Shown here piece by piece: positions 23,541 to 37,662 of a stretch of 64,000 nt of DNA (positions are counted from its first letter, which is position 1; every line of letters begins with the position of its first letter). Made by a program: the position numbers and the translations under genes. The stretch is from Octopus vulgaris (taxonomy: Eukaryota), in NCBI GenBank assembly GCA_951406725.2, contig OX597822.1:97712001-97776000 (forward strand), in the 5' to 3' direction. The notes beneath the pieces are model-generated. The model had not been told where the DNA came from and did no database searches. It was given only the letters and a program-made list of their open reading frames with translations.

Positions 23541-24440
23541 TGAATTGATTGATTTACTTACTGCTTCCCTACACTTTAACTAGTAAGAAGAAGAGGTCTA
23601 ATAAAACTAAAATTTGTCTGAAGTTATGCCCCACACTTGTCTATGATACAATTGTAAGGAGCTACAAGTAAAATTGTTTTGCTTTTCACTGTTTATTTGA
23701 TTTTTACTATAATCTGGAATGCAATTTTTGGGATGAGAAATTGTCATTATAATACGGGGATATATTGGGACCAGTGTCTTTATGATTGTTATAATCCGAC
23801 AGGACAATGGGATAGTGTCAATGAGATTGTGATAATGAGATTGAATATAAGTGCTGTAATAATTTATTATATCTGTTCCAGTCTACACACACACACACCT
23901 ACAGACCCGTACACACATACATGTATGTGCATACCCTCTCTCTCTCTCTCTCTCTTTCTCACACACATACATGCTTTACATCTTTCAGTCTTTAGACAAT
24001 GGCCATGCTTGGTCACTACATGTACGCACATCTTTTCCAAGCTTCACAGTCATTAGACTGTGGCCATACTGGGGCACTGCTTTGAAGAACTTAGTCAAAT
24101 GAATCAACTCCAGTACTTTTTTAAAGCCTAGTACATATTCTATCGACAAGCAGTGGTGGGGACAAATGCAGACACAATGACACATACACACGGTATGCAA
24201 ATTAATAAATCCATTTTTCAGTAGTGACTAATTGTTGAGAATATCAATATTGGCTGCTTATTTTTTTGAGATTGGTCAAACTGATGTAGATGCCTCGTCT
24301 GAGAAGACAATAAGATTTGAAAATTGATTTAAATCATTTTATTCAATTTACGGAGAAACAGTTAAATTTAGCCCAGTTTACAAAGGTATTATAAAGGTTA
24401 CACACACACGTGTGTAATATATATATATATATATATATAT

Positions 24441-24947
<507 letters not shown>

Positions 24948-25336
24948 GCACATACACAGGTGTTATATATACACACACACATACGTACAACGAGCTTCTT
25001 TCAGTTTCCGTCTACCAAATCCACTCACAAGGCTTTAGTTGGCCTGAGACTATAGTAAAAGACACCTGCCCAAGGTGCCACACCATGGGACAAAATCCGG
25101 AACCATGTGGTTGGGAAGCAAGCTTCTTACCACACAGTCACGCCTAAGGGATCTTTGAATCATTCTACGCACACGCCTGTTACACATAGTATTAAGCTAA
25201 TGTTAGAATTTGAAGCACTCCAACGTTGCTACACCAAGAATATTCCCTGTTAAGGTTATCTCTGCTGATATTCTATAGCAATTATTTCCAGCACTGCTTT
25301 TTGGCTTGCTGTTTCGTATCCGAGACATCAGATGTG

Positions 25337-25337
<1 letters not shown>

Positions 25338-25372
<35 letters not shown>

Positions 25373-25825
25373 GTTTAACGTCTGTTCTCCATGCTAGCAT
25401 GGGTTGGACGGTTCAACCGGGGATCTGGGAAGCCAGAAGGCTGCCCCAGGCTCCAGTCTTATCTGGCAATGTTTCTACAGCTGGATGCCCTTCCTAACGC
25501 CAACCACTCCGTGAGCGTAGTGGGTGCTTTTTACGTGCCACCTGCACAGGTGCTAGACAAGGCTGGAAACGGCCATGGTCGGATTGGTGCATTTTACATG
25601 CCACTGGCACGGAAGCCAGTCGAGGCGGCGCTGGCATCGGCCACGAGTCGGATAGTGCTTTTTACGTACCACCAGTCCAGGGATCCTGGCTGGTTCAATT
25701 CGATTTCGATTTCGATTTCACTTGTCCCAACATGTCTTCACAAGCAAAGGGGGTTGGCATGGGTGCCTGTCGTCGGATGAGGTTCTATATCGACTTCGCT
25801 TGCCTCAACAAGTCTTTGTGTCCGA
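25338..25825 (-). mobile_element. SINE-like family D, long copy
   Basis: Reverse complement of 17931-18459. Confidence 0.85.
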
Positions 25826-26346
25826 AGATGAAAAATGGGTAATAGGCCTATGTGCCATATTTTAGATTGTTTTTACTCCTTCATCAGCCCCTATCTAACC
25901 CCTTAATCATCCATTGCTTAAATAGCCAATATATACAGCGGTGTGACGTTATTGGACATACCAATTTTACATATTAAACAATTCATTTTGCAACATTCCT
26001 GATGTGATCCTGTGTTGAAACGGATATTGTTGTATTTCGGGACGGTCATTTTATTTATTGTTATAAATTATTTCTTTTTGCCAAATAAACACACGCACTA
26101 TATAATTTCTTCACTCATTTATTACTGTTATTTTATTATTTTGTAGAACGACCTAGCGAAAGGAGAGGTGACGAATGAATGACTCCTTTAACACACCGCG
26201 TGGTCGCTTTACAATAAAAGCAAAAATAGAAAAAGGAATAAGAGTGCCAGAAAGACAAGAAAGTCGACACAACCGTTAGAATGTTAAGAGAAAGGTTTTA
26301 TTTAGATGTTAGCAGAGTGTGTGTTTTTGTGTGCGACATAAGTACA

Positions 26347-26863
26347 TCTATATATATAAAACTGTAGTTGTGTGAGTGTCTGTCCCCTTCGATTTAGATT
26401 CCTAACTACTCCCACATTTTGCGGTGCAGTTTAACCAAAACCGGGTATCTTATAGTCGTGATTAATATCGAGCCCGTCTGGCTATTAGCGCGCGTCAACG
26501 ATGAGTCTACGATTTGAAAAATAATTTAACATCAGTTTTTATTCCATTTTAATGCATAATTTTTCGTGTGTCGATGGCGGCGGAGTTGGCGTCCACGCTC
26601 AAACACCTGCACCTGTGTTTGCTTCTCCCCCTTCTTCCCTCCCTCATGAAGCTGTGGGGAAGGGAGTTTAAGGAAATCAACGTCGTAATGCGTTGTCAAG
26701 GAGACCAGAGTTCTTTTAGAACAACGACTTCATGGCTTGAAGACACCAAAACAGAAATGGCTAAGAAAGCCCGAACTGGCATCTATAAAGGAAGTAACTC
26801 TCTAAAAATGCTTATATAGTTATTTCCCTTACAAACCCGAGCAACGCCGGGCGATACTGCTAG
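26347..26863 (+). mobile_element. Complete non-autonomous Helitron
   Basis: A|TCTATATATATAAAA at the 5' end; subterminal hairpin cccgagcaacgccggg; CTAG|T 3' end. Inserted between A and T with no TSD. Confidence 0.85.
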
Positions 26864-27114
26864 TATGTAATAATAATAGACAGGCCGTCAAGCATACATA
26901 ATGTGTAGGTGTGTACAAACAAGGGTGTATGCGTGTGAGATAAAATACAGAGCATGGAAAGTGTCTACAATAGGACGCTAGATGAATGTTCAGACACAAG
27001 ATGAAAATAAATACCACTTCGTAGTAAGGTACACAATAGTTGAAGAAGCTGTAACCAGAAGTTGAGGCGAAAAAGCAGAGCCAGTCGAAAGCACATGTCG
27101 TGTAGGCGGTTGTG

Positions 27115-27164
27115 GTTCTTCCTTCCTTTCTTTTTTTCTTTCTTTCTTTCTTCCTTCCTCCCTG

Positions 27165-27238
<74 letters not shown>

Positions 27239-27618
27239 TTCCTTCCTTCCTTCCTTCCCGTCTTTCTTTCTTTCTTCCTTTCTTTCTTTCTTCCTTCTTT
27301 TCTTTCTTCCTTTCTTCATTCCTTTCTTTCTTTCTTTCTTTCTTCCTTCCGTTCTGTCTTTCTTCCTTTCCTTCTTCCTTCCTTCCTTTCTTCCTTCCTT
27401 CCTTTCTTTCTTTTTTTCCCCTTCCTTCCTTCCTTCCTTTCTTTCTTTTTTCTTCCTTTCTTCGTTTTTTCATTCCTTCCTATTTGTCTTTCTTTCTTAC
27501 TATCTTTCTTTGTTTCTTTCTTTCTTCTTTCCTTCCTTCCTTCCTTCCTTCCTTCCTTCCTTCCTTTCTTTCTACCTTTCTTTCTTCCCTCCTTTCTTTC
27601 TTTGTTTCTTCATTCCTT

Positions 27619-27667
<49 letters not shown>

Positions 27668-28324
27668 CTTCCTTCCTTCCTTCTTCTTTTCCTTTCTTTC
27701 TTTCTTTCTTCCGTACTTCCTTCCTTTTTCTTTCTTTCTTTCTTTCTTTCATTCTTTCTCTCTTCCTTCCTTCCTTTCTTCCTTCCTTCCTCTTTTCCTT
27801 TCTTTCTTTCTTTCTTTCTTCCTTCCTTCCTTCCTTCCGTTCTTCGTTTCTTCCTTCCTTCCTTCCTTTTTCCCTTTCTTTCTTTCTTTCTTCCTTCCTT
27901 CCTTCCTTCTGTTCTTCCTTCCTTCCTTCCTTCCTTCTGTTCTTCCTTCCTTCCTTCCTTCCTTCTGTTCTTCCTTCCTTCCTTCTGTTCTTCCTTCCTT
28001 CCTTCCTTCCTTCCTTTCTTCCTTCCTCTTTTCCTTTCTGTCTTTCTTCCTTTCTTTCATTCTTTCTCTCTTCCTTCCTTTCTTCCTTCCTTCCTCTTTT
28101 CCTTTCTTTCTTTCTCCCTTCCTTTCTCCCTTCCTTCCTTCCTTCCTTCCTTCCTTTCTTCCTTCCTTCCTCTTTTCCTTTCTGTCTTTCTTCCTTTCTT
28201 TCTTCCTTTCTTTCTTTCTTTCTTTCTTTCTCCCTTCCTTTCTCCCTTCCTTCCTTCCTTCCTTCCTTCCGTTCTTCGTTTCTTCCATCCCTCCTTCCTT
28301 TTTCCCTTTCTTTCTTTCTTTCTC
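27115..28324. repeat. ~1.2-kb polypyrimidine (TTTC/TTCC)n tract
   Basis: Almost pure C/T on the + strand. Confidence 0.95.
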
Positions 28325-28669
28325 AAAACTACTCACTGTTTTTCTACATCTCAATACAGGGAAATTTTCTCGAAGTATGCTGTGATTGTATAAACGAACT
28401 ACCGATGGTGCGTGAGTACGCAGAAGTCGTGTGATCTGGCTGTCTTACCGTGGTTGTGTTGGACATTTCTTGTCTATTACTAACACTTCTGTGCTTTTTA
28501 GCACTAAACGTTATTACAAGAAGCTTTCTCTTGACGAATACCACAGTTTTGTGGCTTTCTGTTAGTATATCCACGTTAAGTAACGTATACGGATTGCTTC
28601 TCGGCACAAATGCTGCTTCCGTCACCAGTAAGGAATATATACATATATTACATAGACATGTATGTATGC

Positions 28670-28712
<43 letters not shown>

Positions 28713-28978
28713 AAATTTTTAACACAACACAAAGTAAGATTAGCGTGAAATATGTTGCATTGTCAATCCGCAAAATATGAAACAACGATGTAGGCTAGGG
28801 AGAAATAAAAGGCTAGGATAATTGACAAAACTTCCCTAAAGGTGGTGCTCCAGCATGGCCATAGTCCAACACAGTACACAAAAAGAATTTACAAAATTAT
28901 ATGAAAAACTAAGGTCAATAAAGTTTAGAAGGGGAAATTACTTTACAATAACTTGTTGAGTTATGTCCCTTAGTATGT

Positions 28979-29365
28979 AGGTAGGAGCACTCCGTCGGTT
29001 ACGACGACGAGGGTGCTAGTTGATCCGATCAACGGAACAGCCTGCTCGTGAAATTAACGTGTAAGTGGCTGAGCACTCCACAGACACATGTACCCTTAAC
29101 GTAGTTCTCGGGGATATTCAGCGTGACACAGAGTGTGACAAGGCCGGCCCTTTGAAATACAGGTACAGCAGAAACAGGAAATAAGTGAGAGAAAGTTGTG
29201 GTGAAAGAGTACAGCAGGGATCACCACCATCCCTGCCGGAGCCTCGTGGAGCTATTTAGGTGTTTTCGCTCAATAAACACTCACAACGCCCGGTCTGGGA
29301 ATCGAAACCGCGATCCAATGACCGCGAGTCCGCTGCCCTAACCACTGGGCCATTGAGCCTCCACA
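28979..29365 (-). mobile_element. tRNA-Arg(TCG)-derived SINE family C, tail variant 1
   Basis: Reverse complement of 46064-46439. Confidence 0.9.
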
Positions 29366-29910
29366 CCCGGCTTATAAGAATTAAAAGGACGTACGTATGG
29401 ATGTGTATGTAAACGGATGGACGGATGGATAAATAACAGTCATATTTATATTCGTTAGAGTTTTAGCTTAGGAACAAACCTTCTAATGACCAGTTTTCAA
29501 AACCCTATAAACTGTATTTGCCAGGGAATGTTAGGTCAATAAATATTTCCTTTGTCAACAAGCGAGATATATTTTCCGTGGTGAATAGCTTGTTCCCCAG
29601 TTCGAACTTGCATCAAGAATATTTGGAATGATAATAACATTGCAGTAAAACATTTTATTGTTAAACTTTACGAAATGAAGCGAATATTTTAACAAAACCT
29701 ACTGATAGCATGCCGGTCAGTCGTTTTAGAATCAGTCAACGAATGTTTTTGAATCTCTATTTCTAAATGATCAAGAAAAAAAAAAAAGAAGAAAAGGCAG
29801 TGACTGGCCTTATGTGAACCAATTTAAGAAAGGTAAGAATTCACTAAGACTGATATATGAAATATTGTAGGAGATGAAGGATGGCGTGATCAATATTTGG
29901 TGTATCTTAT

Positions 29911-30362
29911 GGCGGCGAGCTGGCAGAAACGTTAGCACACCGGTCGAAATGCTTAGCAGTACTTCGTCTGCCGCTACGTTCTGAGTTCAAATTCCGCCGA
30001 GCTCGACTTTGCCTTTCATCCTTTCGGGGTCGATTAAATAAGTACCAGTTACGCACTGGTGTCGATATGATCGACTTAATCCGTTTGTCTGTCCTTGTTT
30101 GTCCTCTTTGTGTTTAGCCCCTTGTGGGTAGTAAAGAAATAGGTATTTCGTCTGCCGTTACGTTGTGAGTTCAAATTCTGCCGAGGTCGACTTTGCTTTT
30201 CATCCTTTCAAGGTCGATAAATTAAGGAGCAGTTACACACCGGGGTCGATGTAATCAACCTAATCCGTTTGTCTGTCCCTGTTTGTCCCCTCTATGTTTA
30301 GCCCCTTGTGGGCAATAAAGAAATAAGAAACGTTAGCACGACGGGCGAAATGCTTTAGCGGT
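29911..30362 (+). mobile_element. Nested/tandem array of Nin-like SINE B copies
   Basis: A full copy at 29911-30141, a second starting at ggtatttcgtctg (30142-30324), and a third head (30325-30362) cut by the LINE. Confidence 0.85.
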
Positions 30363-33300
30363 TTTGTTACTTGTGATTAATTCTGTTAGTGTTGAAATTG
30401 TTGTTGAAATTATTGTTGTTGAATTCTTTTCTTTCTGTTGTTAGTAATATCATTCTGCGTTTGGAAGACGAAGTGAACTTTTATTCCCCTCTGTGAGGGG
30501 GTGGGGTTATCCAATTTTGTGGCGTTTTTCCACACATTTATTTTGTTCAAAATGAATACTTCCTCTGCAGAGGAAAAAAAACTGCGAAAAAAACTGTGAA
30601 ATGGTAAGTATGCCGACGGCAGACAAACTTGTAGAACCGGCAAAAAAGATTAATTTTGCAGCTGCGGCTGGAGTAAAATAAAGAAAAAATTATGTGTTGA
30701 CCGAAGTGTGCTAATGCAGCACCAAAACATATTTTCAAGGGAGGGATACGACGTAAAAGCCACCCTCCCGAGTGAAATCAGAAGAAACTGCGAAAAAAAA
30801 AAATGTATTTAAAACTCTTGTTGTAAAGGAAAAGAAACTCGACAAAGCACCAAAAGAAGCTATAGAAAAAATGCCTACGGCAGATCTGGCCGGGCATAGA
30901 ATACCTGACCAGAGGCAAACGCTTTGCCACTGTAGTAGTTTATTTCAGAAGTGAAGAGAAAGCAAAAACATACTCAGTATAACCTTTGAGAACCACAGAC
31001 ATTGTGTTGCTGCCAACATACTTAGGCACGTCAAAGATCACAATAGAAGAAATCCCGCTAGAAGTAAACGTCTCAGGGCTTCTCCCAGCCTTACTAATGG
31101 GGCTCGAAGACGAAATAACGATATTAGAGGCTTCAAAAATCCACCAGTAGAACTGGAAGGGGCAAGGCCTCGAGGTCATCATACAAGCGGCGCCACAGAC
31201 CTTGGAAAAAATCGTGGAGAACATGCAGTACATCTCGGAGAAGAAACCACCTTACGGGTAATGATGGAGGGGAGAAGACCCCGGTGCTTCGAATGTGGAG
31301 AGAAGGGCCACATTTAGGCAAACTGTCCTACCCGTAAGGTGGAGATGGCCCCAAAAAAAAGATGCAGAAGAAGGTGGAGATACAGAAGACCGACCAGCAG
31401 GCTCCCAATAATGAAAATACTCAACCAGCTGGGATTGGAGACGGATGGTCTACCGTAAAAAGGAAAAAAATTAACCGAAATCCCACCCCCTCAACATCCA
31501 GCTCAAACAAGAAAAAAGTTCCCTCAACAGACACACACGAAATTAAAACAACTCCTCCCCACTACTATTCACAAAAAAACCCCACCAATATCCCCTCCTT
31601 CCAATCCTGATAACCTCCCCTCCCTCCCACCCAGCCCTGATATTTCACCCCTCCAATCCTCATCCTCCAGTCCCGATATACCTTCCCCCGTACAACCAAG
31701 GAAAATCACCCCCCACCTCCAGTCCCGGAAAAATATGGCAAAACAAGTTATTATTAGTGGTAATAAATGCCATGAACGAACAATTGCCAACTCGAGTTAA
31801 AAATATTCTTACGGCAGAAATCTTGAAAGAACATTACACAAAACTTCTGGAATGAATTTTGATAACACAAATAAAAGCAATATTAAAATCATATTTCCCC
31901 AAGGACATAGGCCCTCCGCGGTTGGACTTCAGTAAGTCCATGTACGAAGACCCATGTCAAACCACCCCACGAGCCCGGAAAAAGGAAAAGGACAAGGCCG
32001 AAAGCCACTGATGCCAAGGTAAGTAGATGGCTTGTATTTGTGTTGGTTGTTTGAATGTGCATGGTCTGGGGTCTAGCTGGAAGCAAGGTCGTTTTCTTAA
32101 TGACATCAGGTCGCGCAATTTGGATGTCATTGTTGCTACGGACACCCGGTTAAAGGGGCCAAGAGATCTCCTCCTGCTATTTCTCTCCGGGTTGTCCTGC
32201 TGGCGGCAGTGGGGTGTTGGTCCTGTTAAAAAGAAACCAGGTTTCTGAGAAAAAGTTAATTTTTCAGATCCAGAAGGTAGGCTGGTCGTCATGGATTTGA
32301 CGCTCAGTCGTGTTAAGATTATCAGACTGGTCGCAATTTATGCATCCACTAAAAACGGGAAAAGTGAGTATTTTCGGAACCTGGAGAAGTTTCTCGGTAC
32401 ATCACATTCTCTAGTTGTGCTAGGAGACTATAACACAATCTGCGACGCACGCGTAGATAATGTTGGCTCGTGTTCTGATAGAAGAGGTAATGCTTACTTC
32501 CTGGAACAGCTAAGTCGCTTTGAGCTAGCAGATCCTTATAGGCTGGAATTTCCGAACGCTCCATTGTGGATATGGTCAAATAGCGACGGATCTTCCAGGT
32601 CATACCTAGATAGGGTGTTAATTAGAAAAGCAGATAAGGATATTGTTAGGTGTCCACAGTTTTTCCCGGTCAGCTACAGTGATCATAAAATGGTCACCTG
32701 TACGCTCGACATAGATAAGTTATATAATAGAGGATCCGGCTACTGGAAGCTTAATACGTCCCTTTTGGCGATTAAGGAGTACAGAGACCGGATTAAGTTA
32801 TTGATTCAGAGGGCATTAACCGGATCTGTTATTAATAACAAAAGGTGGTATGCCCTCAAGCGAGCCATTAAAATTGAGACTATTAGATATAGTACAGGTT
32901 TAGTGGCTAGAGAGACTAGGAAGGGGTTAGCATTAGCTAAGGACTTAGAGGAAGCAATGGAATCTGGCTCTGCAGCTCAGGTGACGGCCAAGAGACCGGC
33001 GTTAAACTAGCAGCTCGAAGCCCAAAATATGGGTTGCATTGTCAGAGCTAGGATTCGTGCCTTGGGTTGTGAAGGAATCAAGACCGCAGGATGGGTCCGA
33101 GTGGTGGAAGCTCAACGTGGAAACGATGGCACAATTCGATCTTTGACGAACCAACGAGGTAAATTGATAAACGAGCCCGAGGAGATGTGCGAGGTCTTTC
33201 AGGAGCACTTCGCCCAGCTTTTCGGTGGGGTTAACGGACCGGACAGTAGGAGGGACCTAACGGACTTCCTCACCGGGCTGCCGCGCCTTTCGAGGCAGGA

Positions 33301-35596
33301 CGCAGAGTGTTTTGAAGGGCCGATCACGCCTGAGGAGGTAATCTAGGCTATGGCGGACTGCGGCGCGCGTAAGGCGCCAGGAGTGGATGGTCTACCCCAT
33401 GAACTATATAATAGTATGCTAGACTTGTTCGGGCACCTGCTGGCGAATGGCTACACGAACTGGCAGCAGAATGGGTTCATTCTCAGATCTTTGCACCGGG
33501 GAGTAGTGACGCTTGTCAGAAAGGACCCGAACAAGGAGGATTGCATTAATAATTTTCGGCCCATCACTGCTAAACACAGAGTGGAAGATTTTGGCCAAAG
33601 TGTTATCGAAAAGATTGGCGCGTGTCGCGGATGGTTTGATTGGGAAGGCTCAGACATATGCCGTTCCCGGTAGATCCATCCAGGATAATCTCCATCTTAT
33701 TCGGTACACTGTAGAGGGGTTTAATAACGATACTGGTATGGGCGGGGCAGTGGCCATTTAGACCAATCAAAGGCTTTTGATAGGGTCGACTATCATTACT
33801 TGGTGTCCGTTCTGGTGCAGTTCGGCCTGGGTCTTGGCTTTCTCAGGTGGATCATTGAAATTTATCACAACATCGACTCGGTAATTCGGGTGAATAGCTT
33901 TTTATCTAAGCCGTTCAGCATCAAACGCTCGGTTCATCAAGGGTGTCCACTCTCCCCGCTTTTGTATGTAATGGCTCTTGAGCCATTGCTGCGAAAATTG
34001 AGTCGGTTTCAGTGTACGCGGACGACATCACCATCATCGTAACCGAAATGGATCACCTACAGAGGGTAGTCAAGGCCATTGAGGGATACGAGACGGTGGC
34101 AGGAGCAAAGGTTAATCGTGAAAAGTTAGTCGGCTTGCAACTCGTCACTTGGAGAGGCAAGTCGATGTCTCCTGACTGCGTCGTGGGACGTTGGACGGAG
34201 GGTCCGATTAAGTTGCTGGGAGTCTGGTTTGGACCAGACCTCCAAATAGAGAAGAACTGGGCCGAGGTAGCGAGCAGGGTGGCCCACATAGCCAAGACCT
34301 GGTCTTGGCGGTGGCTATCCCTGAAAGGGAGGGCGGAGGTGGCCAATGTGTTCATCGCATCGGTCATCACCTACCGCCTAACAGTCGTTCCTTGCCCTGA
34401 TTCGTGGTTGAGCAAGCTGGAAAGACAGCTCTTCCACTTGTGGAAGGGCTCGAATCCGCTTGTGAGACGCTTTATTTGCTGCCAACAACCGTTAAAGGGT
34501 GGGCTAGGGATGCCTTGGCTGATGATGCGCTGCACGCACTGAGGTTGAGGCATCTGTGGCTCCATTTGGATGGTGATCGAGTGTGGTCTCTGCTGGCGAA
34601 ACAGATGCTTCCCAAGTTCACTTGTTTCAGTGGACTGGATACGTGGTTCTATCGAAGTTGGATACATGGTTTACGGAGTGTCGTAAGGCTCTCCGGATAT
34701 TCCATCTCTGGAGCAACGCCTGCGATAGTGGTTCTACCACATTCTTCTATAGCGGGTTTGGTAGAGGCGAAATGTGACGATACCTTGGGGGGAAAGCCCT
34801 AGGTCTCGATGATAATCAGCTGGCCAGTCTGTTCCAACGTACATTTGGGCCGAAGACGCTGGATAACTTCCAGAAGTCTTTGGTATGGCAATGTTACCGA
34901 GGAGCCTTACCTGTCTGGAACAAGCTCGCAAGGCATGGTGGCCCTGGCCCACTGACCTGTCCAAGATGTGGGCGGGACAGGGAAACCGTCACGCACGCTA
35001 TTGTTCAGTGTTCAGATGTATCAGATGTGTGGGTTTATGCCGAACAATTGCTGTCAAGTACAGAAGAGTACAACTATCGACTGAGTCAATAGTAAAAATT
35101 GACCCACCGGGTTTCTTATCGAAAGAAGGTAAGAATTGCTTTCTCATCGTCGTAGCAATTGCGAGAGAGGTGATTTAGAAGATACGAATGAAAGGGTTAA
35201 TAACAGGCATTTTTATCTCTGGCCCTGGCTTAGTGAATTTCTTCACCTTCCATCTAAGGAGGAAAATCGGGTTAGAGAAAAAATGCCTTTCCGCGAAAAT
35301 GTTCCAAGATCGATGGAAGAATGTCGCACGAATGTTGCGTATGGATGGAACCGCATGAATACAACGCAGGACGAACCTAAAGCATCAGTGGTGAGGCGGG
35401 TCTCGTGGGGTCCGAGCATATCCCGCCTCCCCATTCCATTCTGTAATGTTGTCTTGTATATGTTATCATTCGAACTATTCATATTTATGTAAAATTTTTA
35501 AATTTATCTTTTTGTTAATTCATACGTGAAATCTGACCCCATATCTGATAATGCCGTCCCCTCTTTGTTGTCCCCTTGTGGGAAATAAAAAAAAAT
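30363..35596 (+). mobile_element. Full-length but decayed Tx1/L1-clade LINE (ORF1 gag-like; ORF2 APE-RT-CCHC)
   Basis: ORF1 knuckle RCFECGEKGHI*ANCP (~31283). ORF2 motifs GCLNVHGL, LGDYN, SYLDRVL, SDH, GYWKLN, APGVDGLP, DQSKAFDRV, QGCPLSPLLY, YADD and CPRC..ETVTHAIVQC. Poly(A) tail; degenerate 17-bp TSD; several stops and frameshifts. Confidence 0.9.
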
Positions 35597-35598
35597 TG

Positions 35599-36212
35599 CG
35601 GAATGTTTAACGGTATTTCGTCTGTCTTTATATTAGGAGTTCAAATTTCTCCGACGTCGACTTTGCCTTTCACCCTTTCGGTGTCGATAAATTAAGTATC
35701 AGCTGCGGGATATTTTCGGTTTGAACGGCAGTTTTTAACATAATTTCTAGGTAACTAAAACATTTTAAACTTCGTATACTGGTAGAATGTGTTTATAAAA
35801 CACCTTTTTCTCTTGGCTTTATTGAGAAAATTCTATGGTTTGTAAGATATTTGTTGTTTTTTTTCTTCAATTTCTGCAATTTCAACCAATCAATGACCGT
35901 CTATTGAGGTGAAAACATTCTGTGCCGTATGAATATGTTCCTCGTTTAAGAAACAGATTGGGTTTATTTACATTTGTGAAGAAAAAAATATACCCTTCCC
36001 CACCCCTAACCCTAACTAACCCTAACCCTAAAACGGATTGAAATGCAATAGATCGATAGTAGGGTCATACTTATGGGTGACAATTTCATATGACACCGCT
36101 AGAAAAAACTGCCGTTCAAACCGGAAAGATCCCGGCTGCGTACTTGGGTCGATCTAATCGACTGGTCCCCTCCCCCAAAAAATTTCGGGCCTTGTCCTAG
36201 AGTAGAAAAGAA
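35599..36212 (+). mobile_element. Remainder of the SINE B host (short tail), itself interrupted by a MITE
   Basis: ggtatttcgtctg...gtcgataaattaagtatcag|MITE|gtacttgggtcgatctaatcgact...gggccttgtcctagagtagaaaagaat. Confidence 0.8.
35707..36133. mobile_element. MITE with GGGATC TIRs (inverted copy of 15131-15547)
   Basis: TIRs gggatattttcggtttgaacggcagtttt / aaaactgccgttcaaaccggaaagatccc; flanks agctgc/ggctgc; internal ccctaa repeats. Confidence 0.85.
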
Positions 36213-36639
36213 TATTTGGGGTAGCTTGGTATCTTTTATATTCTCTACATTAGATAAGTTAGCATTAACTTAGCTATAGTTTTGAATGTGTATGGCATCT
36301 TTCAGTTTTTAGCTCTTTAAACAGACTTTGCGGCCACGAGAAGAAACGTGATGTGAAAACAGAAAGAGTTCAACACTCCCCGTTATTGAATACATTAGAA
36401 CGGACATAACAGAAAGGTGAAATGTGTTTGTGATAGTTGTGCGACGACATCTATACCATTTTGTTCTCCAGAGAACCAGAATAGTTACAGGTGAAAACTG
36501 CGTAATGGATAAGTAGCGCTTAAATATCAACATTGTAAAGTTAATCAGTCTAGCGACTTTATTGATTACGTTACGCATGTATTCTCACACTGTTGAGATA
36601 TTATAGCATATCATTAAAATGTCATGGAAAAGTTTGACA

Positions 36640-37190
36640 GCCAGAGTGAATTAATGTGGTTCTACTTTTGGCATATCTAAACAAGTGTTTAGACTTTGTT
36701 TCCTCTTAATATTCAGTAAAACTGTTATTTTTAAATGTAATTTTAGATTCCTGTCAATGTGTGAAAGATATTGTCGAAAATATGTCATCTTGAATTTGAA
36801 CGCGATTTCCCAAAATGGCATGATTTTATCGAATTTTTCTGATGGTAAGGTATTGCATGGAAAACTAACGTCAGAATTAAGTTTCTTAGGGTAACATTAA
36901 GCTTCACCATGAGTTTGGTGAAAATCGATTGCAAGTTGCGAAAACTACAACAGAAAATGTGTTGCATAAAAAAAGCTTAGATTCTTGACTCCATGTCAAA
37001 TTTATCGATTTTTTTCTAAACTGGGAGAACTTTTCAAAATTTTCGCTGCGTTAGTTTTGAATTATGACATTGGACTATGTGTGTGTCAAGTTTCATGAGA
37101 ATCGGTTGAAAGCCGTGGTCAGCGTGAGGGTACAACCTGACAGACACACAGACACACAGATAGACAAACTGCCGTTTATATATAGAGAGA
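36640..37190 (-). mobile_element. Non-autonomous Helitron-like element (5' end clear, 3' end uncertain)
   Basis: The minus strand begins TCTCTCTATATATAAA followed by (GTCT/GTGT)n and the motif accgattctcatgaaacttg. Confidence 0.55.
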
Positions 37191-37280
37191 TAAGCTTTAT
37201 CACCTATTTTCCAAACTACTGGACATGTAGTAGTATATTGCAAATTAAATATAACTGGGTATTTAATATAAAAATTCCAA

Positions 37281-37662
37281 GGCAGCAAGCTGACAGAATC
37301 GTTAGCACGCCAGGCGAAATAGAAATAGGTATTTCATCTGAGTTCAAATTCCGCCGAGGTCGACTTTGCCTTTCATCCTTTCGGGGTCGATTAAATAAGT
37401 ACCAGTTACGCACTGGGATCGATATAATCGACTTAATCCGCTTATCTGTCCTTGTTTGTCCCCTCTGTGTTTAGCCCCTTCTGGGTAGTAAAGAAATAGG
37501 TATTTCATCTGTCTTTATGTTCTGAGTTCAAATTCTGCCGAGGGCGACTTTATCATTCATCCCTTTGAGGTCGATAAAGTAAGTGCCAGTTGCGTACTGG
37601 GTCGATCTAATCGACTGCCCCTCCCCCAAAAGTTCGAGCCTTGTTGTTAGAGTAGAAAAGAA
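37281..37662 (+). mobile_element. Nested Nin-like SINE B copies
   Basis: A long-tail copy ending aaagaaata is followed directly by ggtatttcatctg and a short-tail copy. Confidence 0.85.

Noticed and set aside
26829-28434. Long ORFs (up to 443 aa) rich in F/L/S/P or K/E/R/G
   Set aside because: They are translations of the stop-free TTTC/TTCC tract.
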